Positions 1 to 10,485 of a DNA stretch of 64,000 nucleotides are shown piece by piece (within the stretch, counting starts at the first letter, position 1; each line of letters begins with the position of its first letter). The stretch covers positions 256,001-320,000 of the forward strand of contig CAWDXE010000004.1 in the NCBI GenBank assembly GCA_963806185.1, in the 5' to 3' direction. The stretch is from an uncultured candidate division Zixibacteria bacterium. GTDB lineage: Bacteria; Zixibacteria; MSB-5A5; GN15; FEB-12. The notes under the pieces were generated by a model. It searched no databases. It had not been told where the DNA came from and saw nothing but the letters and a program-made list of their open reading frames with translations. The position numbers and the translations under genes were made by a program.

Positions 1-5
1 GGCGT

Positions 6-911
6 ATGACCATGCATAGAACAGTCCTGATAATCTCCGCGATAGCACTGGTGGCCGCGTGCGGCGCTTCCACACGGGCCGAGGTCGAATTGCAGACATC
101 AGTCTTCGACCAGGGTATCGCCCAGTTGCGGGCCGACTACTCCGTTCAATCGATGCGCGAGGCCAATCTCCAGACCGAAGGCGAATTCGGCGGTGCAACG
201 AGCCAGACCGTCTCAGGCCGCAAGTCGCCCGCCAAGGCTTTTCTTCTGTCTTTGGCTCTGCCCGGTGCCGGCCAGTACTATAATGGTGGTTCCATCCTCA
301 AGCCGCTTGGGTTCCTCGCCGTTGAAGCGACTGCCTGGGGCCTGTATTTCAAGTATCACGGAGAAGGAAACGATCTGACCGACGAGTTCGAGGCCTACAA
401 CCGCGCTCATTGGTCACGCGGATCGTATGCCCAATACCTGTATATGGCCTACGGCGATTCGAGCGACAACAACGTCAGCGCGACCGAGATTTCACATCAT
501 CTTCCCGGGACCGAAACGCAACAGTATTTCGAGATGACCGGCAAATACAATCAATTCGCCTGGGGGTGGGATGATGCCGAACTGAACGACACGACCCTTC
601 AAGACTACATTAATAACAGCATCAATCCGCCGAAAATGGTAAATGACACGCGATCGCCATCGTCAGCCCACCGCCTGACGTATGAGACTATGCGCCATCA
701 TGCCAACGAAAAGTTTGACAAGGCGACCACCATGATCATCGTCTCAATGGCCAATCGCATGATCAGTGCCTTCGAAGCTTACCTTTCGGCGAAGCGGCAC
801 AATCGGTCGGTCAACCCGGCTGAGTTTGGGCGCGTCGATGTAAAGGCAAAATTGAAATCGATATATTCATTTGCCGATACCCCAACCTTGAAAGTGAGCG
901 TCCGCTTCTAG
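6..911 (+). CDS. Exported hypothetical protein with DUF5683-like motif
   Basis: N-terminal signal/lipobox-like (LVAAC); motif RKSPAKAFLLSLALPGAGQYYNG; C-terminal Phe (VSVRF). Confidence 0.75.
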   Translation: MTMHRTVLIISAIALVAACGASTRAEVELQTSVFDQGIAQLRADYSVQSMREANLQTEGEFGGATSQTVSGRKSPAKAFLLSLALPGAGQYYNGGSILKPLGFLAVEATAWGLYFKYHGEGNDLTDEFEAYNRAHWSRGSYAQYLYMAYGDSSDNNVSATEISHHLPGTETQQYFEMTGKYNQFAWGWDDAELNDTTLQDYINNSINPPKMVNDTRSPSSAHRLTYETMRHHANEKFDKATTMIIVSMANRMISAFEAYLSAKRHNRSVNPAEFGRVDVKAKLKSIYSFADTPTLKVSVRF

Positions 912-920
912 GGAACGGCT

Positions 921-1736
921 ATGCGCATATTCGTCTATTCGACATGCTTGATGACCATGCTGGCTGCCGCCTCGTTCGGAACAGCCCTCGACTTACTGCA
1001 AAAGCCGAAACCGTACCTGCTTGCCCAGCAGGAAGAGGAGTTCCCCGGCGACAAGAAGAAGGAGAAAGTCGAACAGAAATCGAAACCGGTCACCAAGCAG
1101 GACGCGTCGAAATCGGCCGACAAGTCGGCGAGCGGCGGAAAGAAGAAATCGATGTGGAAAGCGGCGGCTCTGTCCGCGCTTCTTCCCGGCGCGGGTCAGC
1201 ACTATCTGGGCCACCGGTCCAAGGCGCGCGTCTTTTTCGCAGTGGAGGCGGCCTCCTGGATCAGCTTCGGTGCCTTCACCGTTTACAAGAATTTAAAAGA
1301 AGATGACATGGTCACCTACGCTGCGGTTTATGCGAATGCCCGGTTGGATGGTAAGAGCGACGAATTCGAGGACATGGTCGGCTTCTATCGTGACATCAAT
1401 ACCTACAATACCTTCGGACGCGTCTTCGATCCGGATCGACCGTACTTTGAGGACACGCCCGAAAACCACTGGCACTGGGTCGACACCACGGCGCAAGCCA
1501 ACTTTCGCCATATGAAGAACAGCGCTCGCGAGGCCAAACGACGCGCCGAATTCGCGCTCGGCGTGGCGGTCGTCAATCGCATTGTCTCGATTATCGACGC
1601 CGTGCGCGACGCGCGGCGCGGGCAGCGACGCATTGAAGACGAGTTCTCCGACATCACCAAGCCCCGTCTCAAATTGGCGTTTGATCCCCTTCACGATACC
1701 CGGCAGGTTCAATTGACCCTCTTCACGGGGTTCTGA
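921..1736 (+). CDS. Exported hypothetical protein, paralog of the upstream gene (DUF5683-like)
   Basis: Signal peptide; KKSMWKAAALSALLPGAGQHYLG and NRIVSIIDA mirror the upstream LPGAGQYY and NRMISAFEA; C-terminal Phe. Confidence 0.75.
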   Translation: MRIFVYSTCLMTMLAAASFGTALDLLQKPKPYLLAQQEEEFPGDKKKEKVEQKSKPVTKQDASKSADKSASGGKKKSMWKAAALSALLPGAGQHYLGHRSKARVFFAVEAASWISFGAFTVYKNLKEDDMVTYAAVYANARLDGKSDEFEDMVGFYRDINTYNTFGRVFDPDRPYFEDTPENHWHWVDTTAQANFRHMKNSAREAKRRAEFALGVAVVNRIVSIIDAVRDARRGQRRIEDEFSDITKPRLKLAFDPLHDTRQVQLTLFTGF

Positions 1737-2722
1737 TGCCACGAGCCCTGCTGTTGTTCAGCGCAATCCTCCTTGCCTGCAGCTATCTGGGCTGTGGCAA
1801 GAGCAACGGACCCGGCGCCGAATCATCCAACCACCTGACAGTTCGCAATCTGGTCCTCGAGCGCGAGATCGCCGGGTCAATCGACGGCCTCAGGCTGGGC
1901 CGACCGTCCGGCCTCTCGGTAGATCGCCGGGGCTTTCTCTACGTTGCCGATCAGGCGAATAATCGCGTCATTAGATTCCAGCCGGATCTGGTCGTCGATC
2001 AATTTATTGGCGGACTTGGCCGCGCCACCGGTCTGTTCGATCACCCCGGTGCCCTGGATGTGGACCGCTCCTACAACACGTGGATATGTGATGTAAACAA
2101 TGATCGGCTAGTGAGGCTGAATCTGGAATTCAGGTCGACACTGGAAATCGAGCTCTCCGATCTGACCGACCCCCTCAAGTATGGGGAAGCAAGCGGCGTG
2201 GCGGTCGGTGACAACGGCGAGGTCTGGATGACTGATCGCGAACGCAACCGGATTGCAATTTTCGACCTCACTGGGCTCTTCCTTCGCTTCGCCGGCGATA
2301 TTGACGCGGGCAGGGGGCTGCTGTCCGGCCCGACCGGCATTGCTTATCGGGGTCGCGAAGGCTTTGTGGTCTGCGACACCGACAACGGCCGACTAGTGTA
2401 CTTTGATCACAACGGCAATTACCTATTTCATTTGTCGCTCGACGTGATAACGGCTCCAACTGCCATCGCTATTGATTCGCTGGGCAATGCCTGGGTCCTT
2501 GATCGCGACGCGGGTACCTTGGCGTACGTTGAGCAAAGTGGGGTGAAAGCCGGAGTCAGCGGCACGGTGCTGTTGGGCCTGCGCCAGCCGCTGGGTCATC
2601 CCTCGGACATTGCTGTCCTTGGACCCAATCTACTCGCCGTAGCGGATACCGATAATGACCGCATCGCCATCCTTCGCACCATCGTCGAGCCCGCCGCTCC
2701 AGGTGTTTCGCCGTCGAATTGA
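1736..2722 (+). CDS. NHL-repeat beta-propeller lipoprotein
   Basis: Lipobox YLGC; repeats of P-x-G/A-x-x-V-D...YVAD..NNRV; TGATG overlap with the upstream stop. Confidence 0.85.
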   Translation: MPRALLLFSAILLACSYLGCGKSNGPGAESSNHLTVRNLVLEREIAGSIDGLRLGRPSGLSVDRRGFLYVADQANNRVIRFQPDLVVDQFIGGLGRATGLFDHPGALDVDRSYNTWICDVNNDRLVRLNLEFRSTLEIELSDLTDPLKYGEASGVAVGDNGEVWMTDRERNRIAIFDLTGLFLRFAGDIDAGRGLLSGPTGIAYRGREGFVVCDTDNGRLVYFDHNGNYLFHLSLDVITAPTAIAIDSLGNAWVLDRDAGTLAYVEQSGVKAGVSGTVLLGLRQPLGHPSDIAVLGPNLLAVADTDNDRIAILRTIVEPAAPGVSPSN

Positions 2723-2760
2723 AGTTGACTGCGCCCGTCCTTCCTGCCTAAGCTGCTGAG

Positions 2761-3609
2761 GTGGGTACTCTTGTTAATACCCTCAAACTTATCCGGGTCA
2801 TCAACTGCTTGCTGGCATTTCTCGGCGTCATTCTGGGCGCCCACCTGACCGGGCAATGGGTCTGGTTATATCCTGCCATCATCGCCGGTGTGGCGGCCCT
2901 TCTCGTCTGCGCCGCCGGCAACGTGGTGAACGACATTTGCGACATCAAGATCGATCGCATCAATCGACCCGACCGCGTTTTGGTGCGTCAGCTGCTTACG
3001 CTAAGATATGCCTGGGGTGTCGCCATCACGCTAACGGTGTTCGCCGTGGTATTGGCTGCAACTGTGAATCTGAAGGTGGTAGCCATTGCTCTCTTTACAA
3101 TCGCAGCACTTGCGGCGTACGACTTCAGACTGAAACGTGTCCCGTTACTGGGCAACATGGTCATCGCTTTTCTTGGCGGATTGACTTTCCTGACCGGCGC
3201 CTGGGCGATTGACGCCGACGTTTTCGGCAATCCCTCGGGCGCCCTCGTGCCGGCTGTATTTGCCTTCTGCCTCCACTTAATCCGTGAAATTCTCAAGGAT
3301 GTCGAGGATTTGGACGGTGACCGTCGTGCCAACGTAAGAACACTGCCTCAGGTGGTCGGTATCCCGACTGCCATTCGCATCGCCTTTGCGCTTCTGGTAA
3401 TGCTCATTGTGCTGACCCTGGTACCGACTTTTATGCAGTGGTACCGCCCGGCGTACACTTGGTTGACGATTCTTGGGATCGACTTGCCCCTCTTAATCGT
3501 AATGATACTTGTGCTCCGTCGACCCGATCGTCAGCGCGTGCGACTCGGTTCGACGGGATTGAAGATTGGCATGGGGTTGGGCCTGGTGGCGCTTCTGCTG
3601 GCTTCGTGA
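2761..3609 (+). CDS. UbiA-family prenyltransferase, DGGGP synthase-like
   Basis: Asp-rich motifs NDICDIKIDRINRPDR and REILKDVEDLDGD; multiple TM helices; GTG start. Confidence 0.85.
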   Translation: MGTLVNTLKLIRVINCLLAFLGVILGAHLTGQWVWLYPAIIAGVAALLVCAAGNVVNDICDIKIDRINRPDRVLVRQLLTLRYAWGVAITLTVFAVVLAATVNLKVVAIALFTIAALAAYDFRLKRVPLLGNMVIAFLGGLTFLTGAWAIDADVFGNPSGALVPAVFAFCLHLIREILKDVEDLDGDRRANVRTLPQVVGIPTAIRIAFALLVMLIVLTLVPTFMQWYRPAYTWLTILGIDLPLLIVMILVLRRPDRQRVRLGSTGLKIGMGLGLVALLLAS

Positions 3610-3629
3610 CGTCCCAGCTATCATTACTC

Positions 3630-3657
3630 TTGACAAAGAGTTAGCCGCGCCTACCTT
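3630..3657 (+). promoter_or_regulatory. Putative sigma70 promoter of the bat operon
   Basis: TTGACA (3630-3635), 16 nt, TACCTT (3652-3657) upstream of the ATG at 3699. Confidence 0.5.
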
Positions 3658-3698
3658 AGTGCGATCACAGCCGCAAACCGGAGTAGGATCATAGTATC

Positions 3699-4577
3699 AT
3701 GAGAACGTTTATTTTTGCCATCGCCGCCTCGTTACTGTCCGTCGCCAACGGCTTTGGACAGGCAATGTCGCTTTCCCAGACGCTAGACAAGGCCTCGATG
3801 GCCTTTGAAGACAGTGCCAAATTGGAAATCACCCTCACTTGGCCCGGCTCGCAATTAGCCTACTACTTTGACAAGCCGGTCCAGCCCCAACTCGACCGCC
3901 TCAAGATTCAGGGGTATGCCACTTCGATAAGCTCCGCCGCCACGGCACAAGGTGAGGTGACCACCAAGCGGTTTCAGTTCACTCTGGTTCCGACTTCGGC
4001 CGGGCAGGGGCGAATTGATCCTTTCACGATTTCTTACGTGCACATTCCGGACTCTCTTCCTGGAGGCCTGACGACTTCAGCCCTTACCATCCAAATCTCC
4101 GACCCGATTCCCCGAAAACAACCGGCAAACGTGGAGAACTGGCGGCTCAAATGGTCCTATATCCTGGCCATCTGTGTTACCCTGTTGGGAGTCTTGGCGT
4201 TAATAATTGTTAAGTCACGGAACAAACGGCCATATCAACCGGTAAAATCCCCCGTTGATGCGTTTCTGGACCGACTGGGCCAGGCTAAGACGGAGGCCAA
4301 TGGCGACCTGCGACGGTTTCAGGCCGGACTGTACAAGATTCTGCTCGTCTTCCTTGGGGAACAGTACGGACTGAATATCGCAGGATTATCGACAGCGGAA
4401 GTAATCGAGCAGATGGAGTCGACCAACCTGAGCGCAGGTCTGAAAGAGAAGATCTCCGGCTGGCTGATGCGGGCCGAACGTGAAAAATTCGCGCCGTTGC
4501 CGCCGACGCCGGGTGAAACCATCCGGCTCGAACAGGAGATTCGCGAGCAATTTGAATTATTGAAGGCAATGAAATAA
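3699..4577 (+). CDS. BatD-like exported protein with one TM anchor
   Basis: Signal peptide, Ig-like beta domain (FTLVPTSAGQGRIDPFTISY), TM helix, C-terminal 'GLSTAE...EREKFAP' tail shared with BatD. Confidence 0.75.
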   Translation: MRTFIFAIAASLLSVANGFGQAMSLSQTLDKASMAFEDSAKLEITLTWPGSQLAYYFDKPVQPQLDRLKIQGYATSISSAATAQGEVTTKRFQFTLVPTSAGQGRIDPFTISYVHIPDSLPGGLTTSALTIQISDPIPRKQPANVENWRLKWSYILAICVTLLGVLALIIVKSRNKRPYQPVKSPVDAFLDRLGQAKTEANGDLRRFQAGLYKILLVFLGEQYGLNIAGLSTAEVIEQMESTNLSAGLKEKISGWLMRAEREKFAPLPPTPGETIRLEQEIREQFELLKAMK

Positions 4578-4589
4578 ATCGGAGGATCA

Positions 4590-5579
4590 ATGCAGGTAGA
4601 CATCCAGCAGATCCAGGAAACCGTCGAGAAAGAATCGTCCTTCGTCCACAAACTGACCACCCAGATGAGCTCGGTGATCGTGGGGCAGAAGTACCTGATC
4701 GAGCGACTCCTGATCGGCATTCTGGCGGATGGCCACATCCTGATCGAAGGTGTTCCGGGACTGGCGAAAACGCTGTCCGTGAAAACGTTGTCCGATGCCA
4801 TATCGGTCAAATTCCGGCGCTTGCAGTTTACACCCGATCTGCTCCCGGCCGACCTGATCGGCACCATGATTTACAACCCGCAGAAAGCGGAATTTACGGT
4901 CAAGAAAGGGCCGATCTTCGCCAACATCATCCTGGCCGATGAAATCAACCGCGCTCCCGCCAAGGTCCAGTCGGCCCTGCTCGAAGCGATGCAGGAGCGC
5001 CAGGTGACCATTGGCGAGACCTCATTCAAACTCGACGAACCGTTTCTCGTGCTGGCCACACAAAATCCAATCGAGCAGGAAGGCACCTATCCGCTCCCTG
5101 AGGCGCAGATCGACCGGTTCATGTTGAAGTTGAAGATCGGCTATCCGTCGCCCGCCGAAGAGCGCATCATCATGGATCGCAATACGTCGGTCGAATCGAT
5201 CACGGTCGATCGGGTCATCTCGCCGCAGGATATCGTGCGCGCCCGCGAGGTCGTCAAGTCGGTGTATGTCGACGAAAAAGTCAAAGAGTATATCGTGAAT
5301 ATCATCTTTGCCACGCGCGAGCCGGAACGATACGGGCTTCGTGACGTCAAGGACCTCATCTCTTTCGGCGCTTCGCCGCGGGCGACTATCTATCTGAATC
5401 TGGCCGCCAAAGCGCATGCGTTTATGAAAGGGCGCGGGTACATCACGCCGGAAGATATCAAAGCCATCGGCGCTGACGTCTTACGCCACCGCATCCTGCT
5501 CACGTATGAAGCGGAGGCGGAGGATATAACTTCGGATGATATCATAAAGAAAGTATTCGACACCATTGAAGTGCCGTGA
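4590..5579 (+). CDS. moxR: MoxR-family AAA+ ATPase
   Basis: Walker [60 protein letters not shown]. Confidence 0.95.
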   Translation: MQVDIQQIQETVEKESSFVHKLTTQMSSVIVGQKYLIERLLIGILADGHILIEGVPGLAKTLSVKTLSDAISVKFRRLQFTPDLLPADLIGTMIYNPQKAEFTVKKGPIFANIILADEINRAPAKVQSALLEAMQERQVTIGETSFKLDEPFLVLATQNPIEQEGTYPLPEAQIDRFMLKLKIGYPSPAEERIIMDRNTSVESITVDRVISPQDIVRAREVVKSVYVDEKVKEYIVNIIFATREPERYGLRDVKDLISFGASPRATIYLNLAAKAHAFMKGRGYITPEDIKAIGADVLRHRILLTYEAEAEDITSDDIIKKVFDTIEVP

Positions 5580-5588
5580 TCTTACGAT

Positions 5589-6464
5589 ATGATACCACGC
5601 GAGATACTCAAGAAGGTCAGGCGGATTGAGATCAGCACCAAGCGTTTGGTGAATGATCTGTTTTCCGGCGAATACCATTCCACGTTCAAAGGCCAGGGGA
5701 TGGAATTCGAGGAAGTGCGCGAGTACTATCCCGGTGACGACATTCGCCTCATCGACTGGAACGTCACCGCCCGAACCGGCTTCCCGCACGTGAAGAAATT
5801 CCGCGAGGAGCGGGAATTATCTGTGGTCTTGCTGGTCGACGCTTCCTCATCCGGCCGTTTTGGTACGCGCGACCGCTTCAAGAGTGAGACGGCCGCCGAA
5901 CTCTGTGCCTTGCTCGCCTTCTCAGCCATTAAGAATAATGACAAAGTCGGCTTGATCATCTTCACTGATGAAATCGAGAAATTCGTGCCGCCCCAGAAGG
6001 GGAGAGGCCACGTGCTTCGCCTGATTCGCGAAATTCTCTATTTCCAGCCGAAGGGCACCAAGACTGACGTCGCCGGAGCACTCGAGTACCTCAGCCGGGT
6101 GGTCAAACGGAAATCGGTCGTATTCCTCGTCTCCGATTTTCTTTCTGACGGCTACTACAAGCCGCTCCAGATCGCCAACAAAAAGCACGACATCATCGCC
6201 ATCAAGGTGACCGACCCGCGCGAAACGGCGTTTGACAATGTCGGCTTGATCGAACTTGAAGATGCCGAGACCGGGGAAGTGATCCTCATCGACACATCGT
6301 CGAGAGAATTTCGGCGCGAATTCGCCGCGCGAGCGCAGGAAGATGTACTCAATTTGAAAAAGGGTTTTCAGGCCATCAACATGGATTTTATCAACATCCG
6401 GACCGATTATCCGTACATCGGTCCGCTCATTTCCTTTTTCCGGATGCGAGAGAAGCGACATTGA
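5589..6464 (+). CDS. DUF58 (vWA-like) protein
   Basis: GMEFEEVREYYPGDDIRLIDWNVTAR, KKFREERE, VFLVSDF; follows moxR. Confidence 0.93.
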   Translation: MIPREILKKVRRIEISTKRLVNDLFSGEYHSTFKGQGMEFEEVREYYPGDDIRLIDWNVTARTGFPHVKKFREERELSVVLLVDASSSGRFGTRDRFKSETAAELCALLAFSAIKNNDKVGLIIFTDEIEKFVPPQKGRGHVLRLIREILYFQPKGTKTDVAGALEYLSRVVKRKSVVFLVSDFLSDGYYKPLQIANKKHDIIAIKVTDPRETAFDNVGLIELEDAETGEVILIDTSSREFRREFAARAQEDVLNLKKGFQAINMDFINIRTDYPYIGPLISFFRMREKRH

Positions 6465-6465
6465 T

Positions 6466-7359
6466 ATGTTTCGACTAACGACTTCAATTGTAGTCATGGG
6501 ATTGCTCGCCGCGGCCTTCAGCGGTTGCGGAGGCAACACGGTCAATCTGGACCAGCCCTTGAAATTGGCGGGCGAACTGCGCGACAACAAGCTATACAGC
6601 GCCGCCATTCAGGAATATACCCGGTTGCTGGACGGAGCCGGATTGTCCGATCAGGAAAGGGCGAATGTCTGTTATCTGACCGGTCGAGTCTACTTCGAGG
6701 ATCTGCACGATTACGGAAACGCCGCGGCCTACTATATGCGGGCGCGCGCCTTCGATCCGCAGGCCGCCTACATGAATGACCTCTCGTCCAATCTGGTCGC
6801 CTCGCTTGAGCGGATAGGCCAGCATGCCGACGCCAAACGTGAGCTCGGCTCCATGGCGAATGTCGATGACCAGAAGCCGGCCGCAGGCGACGTCGAGGTC
6901 GCCAAAGTGGGTGACCGCTCGATTTATCGTTCCGAAATCGAACGACAGATTCAATCCCTCCCTGTCCAATTGCAGAAGCAGCTTCTCAGCAAGGAGGCCA
7001 AACAGAATTTCGTGCGGCAATATGTCGGGATTGAATTGCTCTACCAGGCGGCGTTGCGCGAAAAATACGGCGATGATCCGGATATTCGCAAGCGTTCGGA
7101 ACAGGCGACCAGGAAATTCATCGTTGACAAATACGTGATCGACAAGGTCATGCCCAGCGTGCAGGTTGATACGATTGACGTCCGCAACTTCTATCAGGCC
7201 AACAAAGCCGATCACTATAATAGTGCTCCCTACGACAGCGTGAAGGCCCAGGTCTTCATGGATTATCAACAACAGAAAATGGAAGCGGCCTACGGCCAAT
7301 ACCTTGCGAAATTGGCGCAGGACGAAAAAGTACAGGTCTTCGACCAGAATATTCAGTAG
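6466..7359 (+). CDS. Lipoprotein with TPR-like N-terminus and SurA/PrsA-N-like chaperone domain
   Basis: Lipobox FSGC; helical TPR-like segment; VAKVGDRSIYRSE...ELLYQAA resembles the SurA/PrsA N-domain; no rotamase motif seen. Confidence 0.65.
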   Translation: MFRLTTSIVVMGLLAAAFSGCGGNTVNLDQPLKLAGELRDNKLYSAAIQEYTRLLDGAGLSDQERANVCYLTGRVYFEDLHDYGNAAAYYMRARAFDPQAAYMNDLSSNLVASLERIGQHADAKRELGSMANVDDQKPAAGDVEVAKVGDRSIYRSEIERQIQSLPVQLQKQLLSKEAKQNFVRQYVGIELLYQAALREKYGDDPDIRKRSEQATRKFIVDKYVIDKVMPSVQVDTIDVRNFYQANKADHYNSAPYDSVKAQVFMDYQQQKMEAAYGQYLAKLAQDEKVQVFDQNIQ

Positions 7360-7367
7360 ACGAAAAC

Positions 7368-8411
7368 ATGATCCGATATTCGCCCAAATACATTTTGCTC
7401 TTCGCCTTTGTTCTGGCGGTATTCGCTGGGTTATGCAACGCTCAGCCGAGAACGCCTGCAGACACGGTCTCGTCGCTGACCGGTATTGAAATCGGAACCT
7501 CAATTGATAAGGCCGAAATCTACGTCGGCGACCTGGTCACCTATACGGTGACCATCACCTACGACTCCACCATCGGCCTCGTCCCGCCGCCGCTTGGAGC
7601 CAATCTCGGGGCGTTTGACGTCAAAGACTATCAGCCGGATATCGAAACCAAACTGCCCGACGGTCGCAAGCGCAGTGAATCGATCTTTGTCCTGAGCACG
7701 TTCACCACCGGCGACTACGTCATCCCGCCCGTGCCGATCATTTTCAATCTTCCTGACAGCAGTCGCAAAGTCATGCTCACCGAGCCGGTGCCGATCAAAG
7801 TGCTGTCGATGTTGCTCAATGCGGGCGACTCGGCTGATATCAAGCCACTGAAAAGGCCGTATGAATTTAAGCGCGATTGGAAACCGTACTTGCTCTGGGG
7901 CGGCGCCGGACTTGTACTCCTGGCTCTGGCCACCTTCCTTTGGTTCCGCTTCCGCAAGAAACGCAGCGCGGAAGAGGAAGTTGACCGTCGCCCGGCCTGG
8001 GAGGTCGCGTACAGTCGCCTGGCCGTGCTTAAGGAACAGCACCTGCCCACCGCAGGGAAGTTCAAAGACTATTACTTTGAGTTGACCGAAATCCTGAGGT
8101 GGTATCTGGGCCGGATTTATTCCATCGACGTCCTCGAAATGACCACCGAGGAATTCCTTGATCGGTTCGAAATGATGGAATTGCCTGACGGTTTGTACTA
8201 TAGCCTTGAACCGTTTATGAAACACGCCGATTTGGTGAAGTTTGCAAAACTGCTTCCTGATGCCGAACGGGCCGAAGCCGATTTCACGTTTGTACACTCC
8301 GTTGTAGGTAAGGTGCAGGCGAGCTACCTCCTGCGCACCAGCCCGCAGGCACAACTCAACGTGCCGGGCCAGCCGCAACAACCGGTGGCAACGGGCGGAG
8401 GTGCGTCATGA
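7368..8411 (+). CDS. BatD-like membrane-anchored protein preceding batA
   Basis: Signal peptide; IDKAEIYVGDLVTYTVTI; TM helix; 'EMTTEE...ADLVKFAK' tail typical of the gene before batA. Confidence 0.75.
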   Translation: MIRYSPKYILLFAFVLAVFAGLCNAQPRTPADTVSSLTGIEIGTSIDKAEIYVGDLVTYTVTITYDSTIGLVPPPLGANLGAFDVKDYQPDIETKLPDGRKRSESIFVLSTFTTGDYVIPPVPIIFNLPDSSRKVMLTEPVPIKVLSMLLNAGDSADIKPLKRPYEFKRDWKPYLLWGGAGLVLLALATFLWFRFRKKRSAEEEVDRRPAWEVAYSRLAVLKEQHLPTAGKFKDYYFELTEILRWYLGRIYSIDVLEMTTEEFLDRFEMMELPDGLYYSLEPFMKHADLVKFAKLLPDAERAEADFTFVHSVVGKVQASYLLRTSPQAQLNVPGQPQQPVATGGGAS

Positions 8412-9454
8412 GCGGCCTTGAATTCGCCGGTTTCTCGCTGGCCCTGCTGGGACTGGATGCCGTCACCGTCCCTCCAATTGTGATCTTCCTTTCCGGCGCC
8501 GCCGTCGTTGCCGCCGTGCTCTATTTCCATTATCGCTACAAGCGATTCCGGTCGGCGACGATCAAATACTCGGATATTCGCATTGTCACTCGCGCCGTCC
8601 GTTCCAGCCGCCAGCGTTGGCGCTTTCTGCTGACCTTCCTGAGAGTGGCCGCGATTTCGCTCTTGTTTGTCGCTTTTGCCCGCCCCCGTGCCGGCACCGA
8701 AGTGAAAGACATTTCCTCAGAAGGCATCGACATTATGCTCTGCCTGGACGTGTCCTCTTCTATGATGGCGGAGGATTTCAAACCGTACAACCGACTGTAT
8801 GTCGCCAAGGAAGAAATCAAAAAATTCATCCAGAAGCGGATGAACGATCGCATCGGCCTGGTGGTCTTTGCGCGCAATTCCTTCACTCAATGCCCGCTGA
8901 CCGTCGACTACGGCGTGCTGATGAACTTCGTCGATCAGGTCGATTTCGGCGGTCTTGAAGACGGCACTGCCATCGGCATGGCAATCGCCAATGCCCTCAA
9001 CCGTCTCCGCGATTCCGAAGCGAAATCGAAAGTCGTCATCCTCGTGACCGACGGTGAAAACAATGCCGGTGAAATCGACCCCGTCACCGCCGCCAATCTG
9101 GCGGAAGCGTTCAACATCAAGATATATACGGTCGGCGTCGGCAAAGAGGGGAACGCCATGTTCCCTTACAACGATCCGATCTTTGGCAAACGGTACGTCT
9201 ATCAGCCGACCAAGATCAACGAACCGATGTTGCGCGAAATTGCCGAGAAAACCGGCGGTCGGTACTATCGGGCCCGCTCGGGCGAGGAACTGAATCAGAT
9301 CTACACCTCAATTGATCAACTCGAAAAGACCGAAATTAAAGTGTCGTCGCACGTGCAATACCGGGAACTGTTTCCGACTTTCACTCTGCTGGCCCTGGGA
9401 CTGTTGGCGTTTGAGACATTGCTGGGACACACCTATTTCAGGAAGCTGCCGTAA
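8408..9454 (+). CDS. batA: BatA vWA-domain membrane protein
   Basis: ARP motif, MIDAS DVSSSM, DRIGLVVF, GTAIG, VTDGENN, TGGRYYRA. Confidence 0.9.
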   Translation: MSGLEFAGFSLALLGLDAVTVPPIVIFLSGAAVVAAVLYFHYRYKRFRSATIKYSDIRIVTRAVRSSRQRWRFLLTFLRVAAISLLFVAFARPRAGTEVKDISSEGIDIMLCLDVSSSMMAEDFKPYNRLYVAKEEIKKFIQKRMNDRIGLVVFARNSFTQCPLTVDYGVLMNFVDQVDFGGLEDGTAIGMAIANALNRLRDSEAKSKVVILVTDGENNAGEIDPVTAANLAEAFNIKIYTVGVGKEGNAMFPYNDPIFGKRYVYQPTKINEPMLREIAEKTGGRYYRARSGEELNQIYTSIDQLEKTEIKVSSHVQYRELFPTFTLLALGLLAFETLLGHTYFRKLP

Positions 9455-9462
9455 GGGAGAGT

Positions 9463-10485
9463 ATGCGGTTTTTTGACCCACAGAGTTTTTGGATACTGCT
9501 CGGCGTGCTGGCGCTTGGGGTGTTCATCTTCTGGGCGATTGGGCGCAAGAAGCAGCTCCTGGCCCGCTTTGGCGATCTTCCGCTGGTGCTGAAGAACGCC
9601 CCCTATATTTCTTTCGGTCGTCAGCGCACCAAGGCAATTTTGCTGCTGCTCGGCCTGGCTCTCATTGTTCTCACCCTCGCCCGACTGCAGTTCGGCACCC
9701 ACCTCGAAATGGTGAAGCGCGAGGGAATTGACATTATCGTGGCGTTGGACGTTTCCAACTCGATGCTTGCGCAGGATATGAAGCCCAGCCGCCTCGAGCA
9801 GGCCAAGCAGGAGATTCGCGAGATCATCGGTCGCCTGAAAGGTGATCGCATCGGTCTTGTCGCGTTCGCCGGCGAGGGATTCATCCAGTGCCCGCTGACT
9901 GTCGACTACGCCGCCGCCCAGATGCTTCTTGGAGTCATGGACAATACCTCGGTCTCACGACAGGGGACCTCCATCAGTTCGGCCATTGAAGCTGCTCAGC
10001 GCGCCTATGACCAGAAGGACAAACAGCACAAGGTGATGTTGCTCCTAACCGACGGTGAGGACCACGAGGGCAACGCCGCCGAAATGGCCGATAAAGCCCG
10101 GCAGGACGGCGTACGCATCTATACCATTGGCATCGGTAGCCCCCAGGGCGAACCGATTCCGGTACTGGATCAATCCGGGCGCCAGCTCGGTTTTAAGAAA
10201 GATCAAAGCGGCGAAGTGATCGTGTCCCGCCTCGACGAAGAAACGCTTCAGAAAATTGCCCTCGCGACCGGCGGGAAGTACTATCACGCCGGGCAGGGTG
10301 AAATCGCCCTCGACCGTATCTTCGACGAAATCGCCAAACTCGAGAAGAAAGAGCTCGAAGGTACCCTGGTCACCAAGTACGAGGATCGCTATCAGCTGCC
10401 GCTCCTGCTCGCGATGGTGTTGGTGGTCGGAGAGTTCTTCTTCCCGGAACGGAAGAAAGTAGTGAGGAGAGAAGGCAATGCGTAG
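9463..10485 (+). CDS. batB: BatB vWA-domain membrane protein
   Basis: MIDAS DVSNSMLAQDMKPSRL, PLTVDY, LTDGEDHEG, GIGSPQGEPIP. Confidence 0.9.
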   Translation: MRFFDPQSFWILLGVLALGVFIFWAIGRKKQLLARFGDLPLVLKNAPYISFGRQRTKAILLLLGLALIVLTLARLQFGTHLEMVKREGIDIIVALDVSNSMLAQDMKPSRLEQAKQEIREIIGRLKGDRIGLVAFAGEGFIQCPLTVDYAAAQMLLGVMDNTSVSRQGTSISSAIEAAQRAYDQKDKQHKVMLLLTDGEDHEGNAAEMADKARQDGVRIYTIGIGSPQGEPIPVLDQSGRQLGFKKDQSGEVIVSRLDEETLQKIALATGGKYYHAGQGEIALDRIFDEIAKLEKKELEGTLVTKYEDRYQLPLLLAMVLVVGEFFFPERKKVVRREGNA

